NCBI GenBank assembly: GCA_964016885.1
Contig: OZ024746.1
Coordinates: forward strand, 76,942,001-77,006,000
DNA from: Eledone cirrhosa
Lineage: Eukaryota
Direction of reading: 5' to 3'
Length of the DNA stretch: 64,000 bases
Of the stretch, positions 16,606-29,422 are shown piece by piece. The stretch's first letter is position 1. The number at the start of each line of letters is the position of its first letter. A program made the translations under genes and the position numbers. A model generated the notes under the pieces. The model was not told the DNA's origin. It worked only from the letters and a program-made list of their open reading frames with translations, and did no database searches.

Positions 16606-16972
16606 TCATTACAATTTTTCTAATGATTATTATTAGTAAGTAGTAAATCGTAGTAAGCCTCCACTTCCTGCGATACATCGTATTGTAGTGTGACTCAGGC
16701 CTATAGCTGGACCGACTATCCGGGTAAATGATTCTGGTTTGGTTCAGTCCAGACCTTCTGATATGAATAAAATCTTGGAAGAGGCTGTGAGCAGAGTGGT
16801 CACGTTCACCAAGGAAATCCATCACAGTGCCTCTTTCTTTGAAGCACAACTTGAAAACGAATGCATCGAGTAGGAAGCCTCTGTATCATCGCTCGACCTG
16901 CTACGAATAGCAGCCACATCCCCGTCAAATTATATTCTACTATTAAAAAAAGAAAAATCACATTTCATAGAT

Positions 16973-17184
16973 CAGTGATTCGCAATCATTTTATTACTAA
17001 GGACCCCCTTTTATTTAAATGAACTTTCCCATGGACTCCTCACCCCACTCTCACTACAATTACTCCTCTCCCAGATTACAATGTGATAATAACAATTAAC
17101 AAAGAATGTATAGTTTGTTTTTAACGAAGTACTTCAAATTTTGGACTTAGCTAAGGGGTCTCCATCCCCGATTGGGAACCGCTG
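16973..17184. mobile_element. hAT-type MITE
   Basis: Termini cagtgattcgcaatc / gattgggaaccgctg, with an 8-bp TSD tcatagat / tcctagat. Confidence 0.7.
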
Positions 17185-17478
17185 TCCTAGATACACAACA
17201 CCCCAAAACAAAGAAATCGTGATCATGACGGGAACACATTTGATCAAAGATCTGTTCAGTCAGAATAGACTTGGGGCTAAAAAGCAACAACAACGATTCG
17301 ATAGCGAAGTTTTTATTGATGTCCCAACCTTCTCCAGTATTTGGGAACCTTTTTTTTTTTTACGACCCACTTTGACTTCCACCACCACCAGCCACAAGAA
17401 AAAGAAAAAAGAAAACGTGCCCCCCCCCCACACACACACAATGATCGAACAGAGTTTGTACATAAGTATAGTATATCA

Positions 17479-17731
17479 AGGGCGGTGGAAGCATTTCTGA
17501 ATTTGGGGGACAAATTTGGTTAATTTAGTTGTAAGTGATTAGTTTAGGTCTTTGCACACTAAAATGGCCAGAAAATGCAATTTGAGTCGATATGCGATAG
17601 ACATAACATGTACATAAATTGTAGTGCATATATAAATAGATGTATGTTTTGGTAGTTTGGGGAGAAAAATATAATTATTGGGGGTGGGCAAGAGGCTATA
17701 CACCCCACCCACCCCCAGTTCCACCGCCCCT
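17479..17731. mobile_element. MITE with aggggcggtggaa TIRs (partial copies 18337-18462 on +, 23105-23246 on -)
   Basis: agggcggtggaa ... ttccaccgcccct, with three homologous copies in the window. Confidence 0.7.
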
Positions 17732-18481
17732 CTATATACGCCTCCATTCCGAACTCCCAAGTCCCACTAAAAATATTGCTATGTCTCACCTTTAGAAACA
17801 GTTATCTAATAATATGTTTACAGACTTCAGCCTATTACGACGTAAAACCGAAACGCCTTTGACCACAAACCTGTTTTGATTCAGGATTGACCTGGGGCTA
17901 AACAACAACAGCAACAACGATTCGAAAGCCAAACTTTTAGCGGTGTCCCAGACTAATGTGTCTGTAATATATGACCATGTAACGATGTAAAACGTAGATG
18001 TAAGCAGATGTGATATTATACATTAATATATAATTAATAAATAATTGCCTGTTCAACAGTTGTTACTCAAGTTGTGTCCTGTTACTGTAGATCTCTCTAT
18101 ATATATACATATATACATGTATATACATACATACATACATGTATATACATCTATACATACATGTATATACATACATACATGTATATACATCTATACATAC
18201 ATACAAACATATACACATACGTATATACATACATACATATATGTATATACATCTATACATACAAACATATACACATACATATATACATACAAACATATAC
18301 ACATACATATATACATACATACAAACATGTATATACAGGGGCGGTGGAAGCATTTATAAATTGGGGGGAGGGGAGCGAATTTGGACGATTTAGTTGTAGT
18401 GATTAGTTTAGCTCTTTGCGCTCTAAAATGGTCAGAAAACGTACATAAATTGTAGCGCATATCCCTGTTTTGTTAACCCCT

Positions 18482-18520
<39 letters not shown>

Positions 18521-18546
18521 AAATGAATAAATTATATATATGAATG

Positions 18547-18662
18547 TTATGGCTATTGGTGAGCTTTGTTACTCTAAAGTTTCACCTGCGCACTCACAGG
18601 ATCACCAGTCTTGTCTGGTGAGTACGCAGGTGAGACGCCAGAGTAACAAGACTTAGCCATAA
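18547..18662. repeat. Imperfect hairpin made of two inverted, decayed hammerhead-like segments
   Basis: ttgttactct..gtttcacctgcgcactcac pairs with gtgagtacgcaggtgagac..agagtaacaa. The minus strand reads CTGGTGA-t-cctgtg/cgcagg-t-GAAA. Confidence 0.5.
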
Positions 18663-18709
18663 TAAATGAATATTTAAACTCTATTTCGGTATTGAGTTTT
18701 CATTCATGT

Positions 18710-19020
18710 ACTCTCAGGTCTTGAATAATACCCTCCCCCTCCCGGTTATTAATTTGTCAGATTTTTTCTACACCCCACCCGTTTATTAAATTTTGCTAAT
18801 CTATCTCCGGAGAAATTTTATTGTAAGTGATTCATATTGATACAACAGCTGGAGAATCTAATAATAATTTTATTTCACCTTAAAAGAAACATTATATATG
18901 ACAAAAGAAGAACATTACAAGAAATCCCATATTTACGAACGTTTTTTACTGATTTTACTGATTTCCCAAGCCCCCGCCCCCCATTATTGCCACCCCTCCT
19001 ATTATTTGGGACCCGAGAGT
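18710..19020. mobile_element. MITE with ~21-bp TIRs
   Basis: actctcaggtcttgaataata / tattatttgggacccgagagt. Confidence 0.6.
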
Positions 19021-19021
19021 G

Positions 19022-19345
19022 CCACCAAACTCTCCTCCTCACTATTTCTATCATACAAAACTCTCTTTTAATCCCACCCTCTGTATCTACTAAAACCAAA
19101 CTCTCCCCCCCTCTATATCTACCACGATAGCGCCTCTCTTATCCCACTCTCTAAATCTAAGACTAATGCACTCTTTATAAATATCTCACTCTCTGTATAT
19201 CTACTACACGGAACTCTCCCATTATCCCTCTCTGTATATCTACAACCACCAAATTCTCCCCCTCTCTATATCAATTAACACCAAACTCTCACCCTTTCTA
19301 TATCAATTAACACCAAACTCTCATCCTCTCTATATCAATTAACAC
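19022..19345. repeat. ~31-33 bp minisatellite (ccaaactctccccctctctatatcaattaaca), resumes at 22938-23090
   Basis: The same unit lies on both sides of the Tx1-like LINE. Confidence 0.85.
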
Positions 19346-19546
19346 TTGATATAGACGTGAATTACTTCGCTCCGGATTTTTACGGATTATTGTCAAAAAA
19401 ACTGTGAGTTCATTGCTCGATTTAATAGCATTGTTTAGTTTAACCCCTTGCCTGGGCCTTCAGACGTTGAGTCAACTAATTTTCGCCCCTTTCTGGGGCG
19501 AAATTTTCATTTTCATCTCAAAACTGTGTAGACTTGGTAGTCAGCA

Positions 19547-20680
19547 ATGGATGCCATTTCCACCTCGCACACTGTCGTGAGTGCCACGCCCACTAAGAAA
19601 AGTGGTGGAGGGAAGATAGGAGTACAAAGCTTGCAGCCTTCCCCCCTCGCATTATCGAAAAACGTTGAAAATATTGAAACCACGAAACCAAACCCGGTAA
19701 ATAATACCAGCACCAACAACAAGAACAATGACAATAACACCACAACCAACAACTGCAACAATAGCAACACCAAGGAAAACATGAACAATATTACCAACAG
19801 TGACAACAACAGCAGCAACAAAAAAGACAACAACACCAAAACAACATTCGCACAGACTGTAAAAAAAAACGAACTATACACGCCAATAGACATAACAAAT
19901 GCTAAACAACTATTACAAGACGCAAAACAATTCGTGACTTTTGGCCAAAACGGTGCTTTTAGCATCAATTCTCCACAGGAATTACGTAGAGAGGCTGTCC
20001 TGAAAACTGTGGTTTTCAGGACAATATCGAACGAAACAAGAAAACCAGCTCAATTATCACAAAATGAAATTGAGCTGGTTCTAAAAGATGCAATGAAGGA
20101 CATAACCTTCATACAAAAAGGTAAACTGTTTGGTAGCATTTCGGTGCTAATGAACAACCAGTCAACAGCACAAAAGTACTCGGTATCACCCATTGTGTCT
20201 CCCCGCTTCACCTTTTTCCCCACATACAGGGGAAAAAGGACACAAAGAATAAAAATAATGAGTATCACACCAAATGTAAATATTTGGTGGATACTATGTG
20301 GAATCATTGACTTTGATGAAGACAAGATAATTTCAATAGGAAAGTCCTCCGGAGGTGTATTTGGTGGGACCAGCGTAGAAGTTCTGGTGCAAATGAGCCC
20401 AGAACGAATAGCGAATATCCCACAACGAGTGCCTCTGGACGGGCTAACTTATATAAACATTTCAGTGGAGGGAAGGCGGCCGTCATGTTACCACTGCTTA
20501 AGCAGGGGTCACCTGAGGGCTGCCTGTCCTCAATTAACGAGTAAAAAAAAAGGCTCTTCTGCCAACCCCGAACACAACAACACAACCACCACCACCACTA
20601 CCACAACAACAACAACAACCACAACAACACGGAAAAATAACAACACAAAACACTGTTCCACCCAACCCCTCCCCACCTAA
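19547..20680 (+). CDS. LINE ORF1 (gag-like nucleic-acid-binding protein); probably extended to ~21342 before disruption
   Basis: 377 aa ORF with TFAQTVK and the CX2CX4HX4C knuckle CYHCLSRGHLRAAC. Confidence 0.8.
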   Translation: MDAISTSHTVVSATPTKKSGGGKIGVQSLQPSPLALSKNVENIETTKPNPVNNTSTNNKNNDNNTTTNNCNNSNTKENMNNITNSDNNSSNKKDNNTKTTFAQTVKKNELYTPIDITNAKQLLQDAKQFVTFGQNGAFSINSPQELRREAVLKTVVFRTISNETRKPAQLSQNEIELVLKDAMKDITFIQKGKLFGSISVLMNNQSTAQKYSVSPIVSPRFTFFPTYRGKRTQRIKIMSITPNVNIWWILCGIIDFDEDKIISIGKSSGGVFGGTSVEVLVQMSPERIANIPQRVPLDGLTYINISVEGRRPSCYHCLSRGHLRAACPQLTSKKKGSSANPEHNNTTTTTTTTTTTTTTTTRKNNNTKHCSTQPLPT

Positions 20681-21384
20681 AACAAATACAAAAGCAACCA
20701 CAACAAAACCCCAAAATATACCCCTCCCCAACAACACGAAAGAGGACTCCGTATCAACGTCACCCAGTGACGACGAGGGAGAACTCTTTCAACAGGTGAA
20801 AAGGAAAAAAAAAGGCACCACATTAACAAAAATGCCACAAATACGCAACCACCAGCACAAACAGAACAAACATCACAAATAAAAAAACCCACCCCTCCCC
20901 AAAACATAACACGTACTACAAAACGCAAACACGCACAAGAACAACAAACAAAAACAAACACAACACAACAAAAACTCTATACATACATTAACAAGAACAA
21001 TAAAACGTTGATGAAAGCGATAGAAAATAACCCTTCGGTGGAAACCGAAGGGATCACTTTCACCTACGCAGCGAACAAACCGCACCTAATGATGATTAGG
21101 GTCTCAACGGAAACCTATGTAACTTTGAAAAAGAACCATCCAATGCATGTGGGGACCAACTGCACCAAACCACATAACAGCGTCCTATTGAGATATTTCC
21201 CCACCCCCACACCCCACCAAACACCCTAATCCCACCACACACTGATGTCCTCACCCCACCACAAACCACCACCCCACCAAACAACCCTTCCAACACCCCC
21301 ATGGAAATTGTGCAGCCTGGTCCCCAGGAGACGAAGAGGTAAGTAATTTCCTTTCCTCTTCCTTTTTACCTCTTCAGCACCAAC

Positions 21385-22296
21385 ATGGCCAATATAAGAG
21401 TTGGATGTGAGAATGCACGCGGCTTGGGGATGTCCTGGAAACAGGGCAAACTCTTAAATGACCTCAGGTCGCACATAGTGGATGTAAAGGTTATTTGCGA
21501 GTCCAGGATCAGCAGCGAGCGCCAACTGGCCTCCATCTTCGACGACTTTGAGATCTACGCATCTCTCTGTCAGCCGAGGGGTGGGGGTGGGGTTGTCGTT
21601 CTGCTGCGAAAATACCTGGGTCTTGCCACACAGAAGGTACACCTGGACCCGGAGGGTCGACTGGTGGTTTTAGACGTCAGCAGTGGTGAAGGTGGAGTTT
21701 CAGGCTGGTGGCAGCGTATGCCCCATCTGGGACACCGCGACCGGACATCTTCCGACGCCTGGAGAATTTCCTGAGAACGTCTCGCTCCTTGCTTTTAGTG
21801 GGGGACTGGAATGGTATCCTGGATGCACGTTGGGACTATGTAGGGGTATGTCCCGATAGAGAGGGGGTGTAACATCCTCAAAGATTAATCGGCCGATTTG
21901 ATCTGGCCGATAGGTATCGACTAGATTTTCCGACTGTGCCACGGTGGACGTGGAGTAATCGTAGCGGAACATCTAGGTCGTACCTAGATAGGTTCCTAGT
22001 TAGAAATAAGGATAGGGACATATTAAGCTGTCCACGAATGTTCATGGTTGACTATTCGGATCACAAGTTGGTGACCGGAGTGGTCAACCTTGATAGAACT
22101 CATAGACAGGGACCCGGTTACTGGAAGCTAAACTTGTCTTTACCGACAAACAAAGCTTACAGTAAGCGGATTAGCACACTAGTTAAGCAGCGTTTGACGG
22201 GGGAAATTGTCAACAACAGGTGGTGGGGCTCTCTCAAGAGAGAAATTAGAATAGAATCGATAGGTTTTAGTCGGGAATTAGCATCAGATAGGATTA
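21385..22296 (+). pseudogene. LINE ORF2 N-terminus: APE endonuclease (frameshifted)
   Basis: NARGL, ICESR, GDWNGILD (~21800), SYLDRFLV, SDHK, then GPGYWKLN, spread over several frames. Confidence 0.9.
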
Positions 22297-22695
22297 GAAC
22301 TGGAAACCGTCGCACACGCATTCGTACACTGCCCGGGCGTTGCTGACCTGTGGGGCTATGTAGAACGACTACTGTCGCGGGTGAGACCAATCCGGTTGAC
22401 CACCGAGAACATTGTCACAATCAAACCGCCTCCCCCTTTCAAAAACGAAGGAGAGGCGGTTTTCCTCTGTGTAATAGCTATGGCGGAAGAAGTTGTATGG
22501 TGGACAAGGTTGAAAGGGCTGAGGTCAGACACCTTTCTCTCCGGCCAACAACTGGTCTTTTTTTTCAAGTACCACTTTAGAAGAAGGATCAGAATGGAGA
22601 GAGAGGTGCTCTACCCCAGCAAGTTTTATGAAAGATGGGTGAAAGTAGCGAGAATGGCCCGAGTGAATGGGCCTTCTCTCTATATCAGCCTGTAG
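22297..22695 (+). pseudogene. LINE ORF2 C-terminal segment (second half of the CCHC motif)
   Basis: ELETVAHAFVHCPGVADLW...FYERWVKVA...* is typical of L1/Tx1 C-termini. Confidence 0.8.
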
Positions 22696-23607
22696 GTGAG
22701 AGAGAAGAATGAGAAGAGGAAGGAAGCACCCGCTCTTTGTGCTCCCGAAGAGGAGGGTTGCACATTTTTTCGGGGGTGTGTGCGACCCATGTCAACGCCC
22801 CTCCCTATTGAGGACATCGATTGTTAAATTTAATTTGTTATATGTTTTTTACACGTCTTTTTAAATGTATGTAAACTCCCCCCTTTGTATTTGTATTTGT
22901 CCCAATCTTTGATGCCCTGGTGGCAAATAAATAGAAATATATATCTACTACAAGGTACTCTCTTCCATTCCCCCTCTATATCAATTAGCACCAAACTCTC
23001 CCCCTCTCTATATCTACTACACGGAACTCTCTTCCAATACCCCTCTCTATATCAATAAACATCAATCTCTCCCCCTCTCTATATCTAATATACAACATAT
23101 TTGGGTATGCGCTACGCGCTACAATTTATGTACATGTTATGTTTATCGCATATCGAACTTTTCTGACCATTTTAGAGTGCAAATAGCTAAATCCCTACAA
23201 CTAAATGCCCCCCCCCCCTCTCATTCAGAAATGCGTCCACCACACCGGTAACTTTTCACGGGAAATCAAATAATGCTCTATTGAACTATGACACGCGGCA
23301 TTCTACTATTTCCCCATTTTTTTTATCCAATACCTAAAAATATCGATTTCTCGCATAGGTTTTAATCAAGGCTAGTGCCATATTATTCATAGGGGCTCCG
23401 CAATTCATATATATATATATATATGGGGCATTTTAAATCGGCTTATTGCAAATAACTACCCGCAAAATAACACTTCATATAACAGATTAATGCTATAGAC
23501 ATATGAATCGGAATGTTTAAATTATTTATTTTTTACGACTTTAATTGGTTAAATATTAATATGACAACACCCATAGTGTTGTACTTCTGGTAATTCTGCC
23601 GAATACA

Positions 23608-23858
23608 CTGCCAAGGATGAACCTTTTCCCCTCGGCGTCAGATATCTCATTCGATTTCCGGCGATCCCAATTCCCGGTGAGACCATTAACAAGTCACAAG
23701 AGCAAACATTGTCGGTGGCGGGCATCCATTTGGGTGAGCCATGCTTCTCCCATGGCCAACTTTATGTTGCCTGTTCCCGCGTAGGGAGCAGAAATGGACT
23801 TTTTGCTTACACTCCTCAAGGGATGACACGCAATATCGTCTACAAAGAGGTGCTATAG
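23608..23858 (+). pseudogene. Helitron RepHel Pif1-like helicase C-terminus
   Basis: LPRMNLFPSASDISFDFRRSQFPVR/TINKSQEQTLSVAGIHLGEPCFSHGQLYVACSRV...TRNIVYKEVL*. These are helicase motifs V-VI, with a small deletion/frameshift. Not listed in the ORF track. Confidence 0.9.
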
Positions 23859-24184
23859 ATGTTGGTGCAGCAGGTGTTGGAGGTGTTGGAGCTATGCCGT
23901 CTGGAAAACTATTTCATGGTAGGTTCACCCACGGCGGACAGATCTGACCCCCAGCGGCATCAGGGCCACCATCTTGCAACTTTGGTCTGCTAAATTCGCT
24001 ATTGGAAGATTATTAACCCATCATTGATTGTCCAAAATGCTAATTAGTTCGTACCTTTTAATAACCGGTTCAACTGCTTTATGCACTTAATTGATAAGCT
24101 TATTCGCTTTCAAGCCACGTTTACCTGTATGTAACTTTTCATAGCAAATGAACAAACCCGAGCAACGCCGGGCTAAACTGCTAG
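23608..24184 (+). mobile_element. Helitron 3' remnant
   Basis: Helicase tail, then the hairpin cccgagcaacgccggg (24157-24172) and terminal CTAG (24181-24184) followed by T. Confidence 0.88.
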
Positions 24185-24283
24185 TATATATATATATATA
24201 TTTCCCAAGTCGATCCCTTTTATGTGGAAGCGCTAGGTTACAGGATATAAACACAGACACAGACGTAGATTCATACACACACG

Positions 24284-24331
<48 letters not shown>

Positions 24332-24333
<2 letters not shown>

Positions 24334-24622
24334 GCGGAACCTCGGCTCACGAACTTAATTCGTTCCAGAAAACTGTTCGTCGCTCGAAATGTCCGTAAAC
24401 TGAAACTTTTTTCATACGAAATGTTGAGAGAGAGACTGTGTGAAAGACAGGTAGATATCATCATAGTAACTAACTATACAGCAAGTGACGTTTTCCCGGC
24501 GATACTCCCAGCCTGTCGCCAACCGTTGTTGCCGACTTGCATGTTCGTTACTTGAGACACTATTCGTCACTCCAGGTGTTTTATGTTCGGCAAAATTGTT
24601 CGTGAACTGAGGTTCTACTCTG
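24332..24622. mobile_element. pogo/Tigger-type MITE
   Basis: TIRs cagcggaacctcggctcacgaac / gttcgtgaactgaggttctactctg. Confidence 0.7.
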
Positions 24623-24738
24623 TGTGTGTATGTGTGTGTATGTATGTATATATATTTCATTCGCACCGTTTGCTTTCGCTATATGTCTCTCCACCACTCC
24701 CCTACACACCCTTTGAACTCTGTTCCCACACACTTCTC

Positions 24739-24770
24739 ACCTGAGGAAGGGCTTATGCCCGAAACGTCGT
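24739..24770 (+). ncRNA. Minimal Penelope-type hammerhead motif (short stem I)
   Basis: CTGAGGA-a-gggc-ttat-gccc-GAAA-cg-TC, with AATAAA ~40 nt downstream. Only 2 bp of stem I remain. Confidence 0.6.
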
Positions 24771-25117
24771 CCCCCACCAACACCCCACTCTCCAGAGCGT
24801 GAAATTAATAAACATTCGTTGTACTGCCTCTCTGTTTTGTCCCTGTTCAAATTTTTCCATTATATATATATATATGCCATGGGCTTCTGCAAATCTGTCT
24901 ACCTAATTCTACTCGAGGCTATAATGGAAGACACTAGCTCAACGTGTCACAGAGTGGAACGGAACCCGAAACTATGGGATTGCGAAGCGAACTCCTTAAG
25001 AACACGGCCATGCCTGCTTCAGTGGAAAAAATATTATTCTTTAATTAACAAATAGTTTTATCGCTCTCATTGGTTGAATACAAGAAATGCATATCCGAGT
25101 TTTTCGAATATTAATAA

Positions 25118-25256
25118 CTAGCAGAATGGCCCGTCGTTGCACGGGATTTGCTCTAGGGTTCTTATATATTTGATAAATATTTATCCTTATCGAGCCTCGT
25201 GAAATAAATACGTTTGTTTATATTTTGTTATTGTGTATGCAAAAATATCTGTACAC

Positions 25257-25343
<87 letters not shown>

Positions 25344-25790
25344 TAACAGATTAAAGTTTAAACAAAGAATCGGTGCTTTCACCCTTAACGGGATCTTCTG
25401 AAACTAAAAAAAAATCAATCTGTGAACGCAGAAGTAAATATTTCGAAAAGCGTTACACACTATATATATATACACACACACACACTATATATATACATAT
25501 ATACACACACACACGTCATAATGCAGACAGCCAGACATACAGACAGATATTATAAGGGCGCAACGTTATATATATGTATCTATCTAAAAAGAAAGACTAA
25601 GAATTATAGAGATAGATCGCAAAATCGCCTAATGCGGTCTCTATGGCATTGAAAATTTGAAATTCTTTTTGCTCAAAACACTCACAGGACCATAAGTATT
25701 ACATGTGTAAAGTTTGAAAACAATCAGTTTGGTGGTTCTCGGGTTTTAGGGAGTCAGACAGACAGACATTCTCTGTTTTAGATATATAGA
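25118..25790 (-). mobile_element. Non-autonomous Helitron
   Basis: The minus strand starts TCtatatatctaaaacag..tgtctgtctg and ends cccgtgcaacgacggg..CTAG. 25518-25790 is homologous to 41579-41862. Confidence 0.8.
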
Positions 25791-25889
25791 TAATATTCGA
25801 TTTGTTCGCAATTGTGCAAACAGCCTCTATAAGCCATGTCAATAGAATGACTCCGTCATTCTGGCCCTTGTGTTGGCACATAAAGAGAA

Positions 25890-26345
25890 CGGCAGACACT
25901 AATGTTTCTGGGTGATTACCCTTCATCAATACCGTATACTGTTTACCTGCCACCTGTCAGAGCTAGTGAAAATATATGATATTTTCTGGAATATACAGTG
26001 ACTGATCGGCCTGACTTGCATATTAGCAGACTGGCTGATCAGTCAGATCTGCATATTAGCAGACCCACTGATCAGTCAGATTTGCATATTAGCAGACCCA
26101 CAGATCAACTAGATTTGCATATCAGCAGTTAGGTCTATGCCTTTCTAGATAACAATTGTCATTAAGCCGGTTATAAGCTCAACTGGGCTCGTGTTGAAGC
26201 GATTTCACGGTAAATTAGATTATGTATTAGAAAGTTTCACGGTCTATTCAGTTTATATTTAGAGGGATAGATCTCCTCTCTTTAAGTGTTGTCCTAAAGA
26301 CATTTATACAATGAATTTTAGGGGGTGGTTTTATTATCTTTTAAT
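25890..26345 (-). mobile_element. Decayed Penelope-like 3' region (hammerhead-like motif and 33-bp tandem repeat)
   Basis: The minus strand reads TTGATGA-a-gggt-aatc-accc-a-GAAA at ~25905-25930. Four 33-bp units lie at 26001-26128. Confidence 0.4.
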
Positions 26346-26654
26346 TCGTTTTCTATTTAGATTGATATAAATAAATCTATTATAATGCGCCTTTATCCGA
26401 TCATAAAGATGTCATTCCGAAGAAGAGGTTAGCTAAAGATCGCTAGTAGATAATGTGTTGGACCTCCGTCATTCCAACGACGAGTGTTTCAGTTGTTAAA
26501 TCAACTGTGTTGCCTTTGAAGTGGAGTCTGATCTTTCCGTTTCAATCATTCAGCTATTTATGAAAATAGTAATTCGTAGCATTTCGTCAACTATGTACTG
26601 TATACTTTGGTAAACATGTCTACCTTTACACTAGTTATTCGTAGAGTACCACGA

Positions 26655-26968
26655 ATGTAATGGATCTCCGCCAGTTTCGACGACGAGTGTTTCAGTCGTC
26701 CGATCAACAGGACATTCTGCATGTGAAATTAATCTGCAAGTGATTGAGCGTTCCATAGACACGTGTATCCCTAACATGATTGTCAGGGAGATTCAACACG
26801 ACACAGTGTGTGACACGCTTGACCTTTTTGAATCACAGGTACAATTCATTTTTCCCAACAGAGTGTACTGGGGAAATGTGAAGTAAAGTGTCTTGCACAA
26901 GGACACAGCACGCCACCGGGAATCGAACTCATGACTTTAGGATCGTGAGCCGAACACCCTAACCACTT
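26655..26968 (-). mobile_element. tRNA/CORE-like SINE, long-tail subfamily (also 28718-29040, 34270-34410, 36370-36570, 42750-43078)
   Basis: Shared head gtggttagggtgttcggctcacgatc..gagttcgattccc and shared tail ...acacgtgtctgtggaa.gctcagccacttg... Confidence 0.8.
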
Positions 26969-27304
26969 CCTCAAAAATCATACACTACACTACCAAGGAC
27001 CCCTTTTACGCAAATGAATTTTCCCACGAACCTTCTCCATAGTTACTCTCCTCCCAGATTGTTTATATGGAGAGAATAACAATAGAAAAAAGAGGAATGT
27101 TAATACGTAGAAAAGAATGGATACTAAATTGTGTGTGAGTGTGTGTATGTGGGGTGGGTGTGCGTGTGAGTGTGAGTGTGCGTGTGCGTACGTGTGTGTA
27201 TGTGTGTGCGTGGGCGTGTCGCAGTTTTAATTGGCTTTCCTTCGAATGAAACAGTTCTAATCCTGTAGAAGTCATTTCTATATTAAATTATATATATATA
27301 TAAA

Positions 27305-27490
27305 TATAATTGTTTCTACTTTAGGCACAAGGCCAGCAATTACCCAGTGCATTACTGGTACTTTATTTTATCGACCCCGTAAGGATGAACGGCAAAGTCA
27401 ACCTCGGCGGGATTTGAACTCAGATCGTAAAGGGACGTAACTATGCTGGAAAGCATGGCGTCCGACCCTCTACCGATACTGCCAATCCAT
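27305..27490 (-). mobile_element. tRNA-derived SINE, second family (also 44100-45150 cluster, 45270-45420, 56180-56325, 63719-63864)
   Basis: Reverse complement of gagttcaaatcccgccgaggttgactttgcctttcatccttacggggtcgataaaataaagtaccag. Confidence 0.85.
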
Positions 27491-29422
27491 ATATAATGAT
27501 TTTAACAAAGTACATGAAATGTTTAACTTAGCACCACAGTACTACATTTGCGGATCCGTAGATTGGGAACCGTTACTCTATATGGTCACTCGACCTGTTA
27601 GAAATAGCAGCGAAATGTCCTTAAAAATCACGCATTACATTCTTAAAAAAGGAAAGACATAAGATAATCTGATCGTAGATGCTCTACACCTAAAAACTAG
27701 AAACAATAGTCATAACTTCTTGGGATGGTCGGGGCTGGCTTGGAAGTAAACAACATTAACAGCAATGTCACCACTATCAGCAAGCTCACAAGTAAACCAG
27801 TAAGCGGCGAGTCGACTCGAAATTAAGGTGCAAGTAGCTGATTTTTCCCACAAACATGTATACTCTGCTGAATGTAATTCTCATGGGTATTCGTTTTTTT
27901 CCCCAGCTGAGTGTACTGTGGCAGCGTAAAATAAAGTATGATAGATAATAATTATTTCTCTAAACTATTGAATCCGAGAATACAATAGCTATGATACGTT
28001 ATAAATACCAAATTTTGCGATCTGGAATACACAGAAAAAAAAAATCTACAGGTGATAAAAAGCCATAGAGACAGCCAGGTGTATTCTCGCTAAGAGAGTA
28101 TTAGGTAAAGAAAGAAGAATTATAGGAAATATTTGAAATTGTTGTCGTCTTAGTCAGAGGCAATAAACAGACCTCACAACATGAATTTTCATAGATTTTG
28201 ATAACAATCCTCCTACAAAACGAAATAAAAAAAACATGTCAGCGATTAAAATATTTAAATAAACAATTTTAGATAGGCACAACCACAGGGTTCTGGATTC
28301 AGTCCCGCAGTGGGGCAACATGGGCGAGTGTCTTCTGCTATAGCATTGGGTTGAACAATACCTTGTGAGGGGAATTTGGTAGATGAATAATCTGTATGTG
28401 TGTGTGTGCTCATATCTATGTATAAGTTTGTGTCAGTTTTTTTTCTATCCCGTACAAGTACTAGACTTGAAAAATAATCTGTACTAGTGTTGATAAATCA
28501 AAGTGGTGCCCAAGCATGGTCGCAGTCAAAAGTAAAAGAATAAATAACTACGATCATTAACCCAATCTCTTCATTTTAATTATTCAGAACACGATGTGAA
28601 TACAGAAGCTATAAATTACACACAACTTGCCTTCTAACTCAAAACGATTTATTTTACTTTCAAGTGTACCACCAAAGAAAGAAATTAGCATTTCCTAAAG
28701 AGATATGTGTGTGTATTGGACCTCCGTCGGGTCCGTCAACGAGTATTTAATTGCTGGAACAACAGAACAGCTTGCTCGTGAAATTAACGAGCAAGTGGCT
28801 GAGCATTCCACAGACACGCGTACCCTTAATGTAGTTCCCATGGAGATTTCAGAGTGACAGAGTGTATGATAAGGTTGGGCCTTTCAATTACGGGTAAAAC
28901 TCATTTTTGCAAGCGGAGTCGACTGGGGCAACGTGAAATAGTGTCTTGCTTTCTCGGGGACACAACGCGCTGCTGGAAATCGAACTCACGAACTTACAAA
29001 CTTTAGCCGAACACCCTAACCACAAAGCTACTCTTGCTTTCACACTAAAGAGATGGTGAATATATCAGACCACTGTTCAAAGTAGTGGACCCCAAGCTGG
29101 GTCCACTGTGCGCCGTAAGTAAAAAAAATGTTTGGGAACCATTGGTTTAAAGAAACTTCGAGTGAAGAGAAATATTCTTATGTAAGCTGTCAGTGAATTT
29201 TTTTAAATAAATAATTCTATTGAAATCAAGTATAAAAAAATATATTTAAGTTACAGATTACCAGAAATATCATAAAAAATTTTTTGCAAGATTTTTTAAC
29301 GAAACTTTTTCATGCAAGTGGTTCCAGGTCATACCAAATTCTAAAGACATTTAAAAACCGCTTTGATAACCAAACCGCCTGAAATCACCCGTCTATTTTA
29401 AAGTGTTTATATTTACGTACAT

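Larger units (their letters stand above)
19345..22937 (+). mobile_element. Tx1/L1-clade non-LTR retrotransposon, 5'-complete but lacking the RT domain
   Basis: 5' UTR, ORF1 with zinc knuckle, ORF2 with APE endonuclease joined directly to the C-terminal region, 3' UTR ending gcaaataaatagaaa. Confidence 0.88.

Noticed and set aside
16640-16880. Possible host coding exon (83 aa minus-strand ORF)
   Set aside because: No recognisable domain or clear splice sites. It is more likely a decayed LINE fragment.
18337-23246. Composite transposon formed by inverted MITE copies around the Tx1 element
   Set aside because: The copies are partial and diverged with no TSD visible, so independent insertions are simpler.
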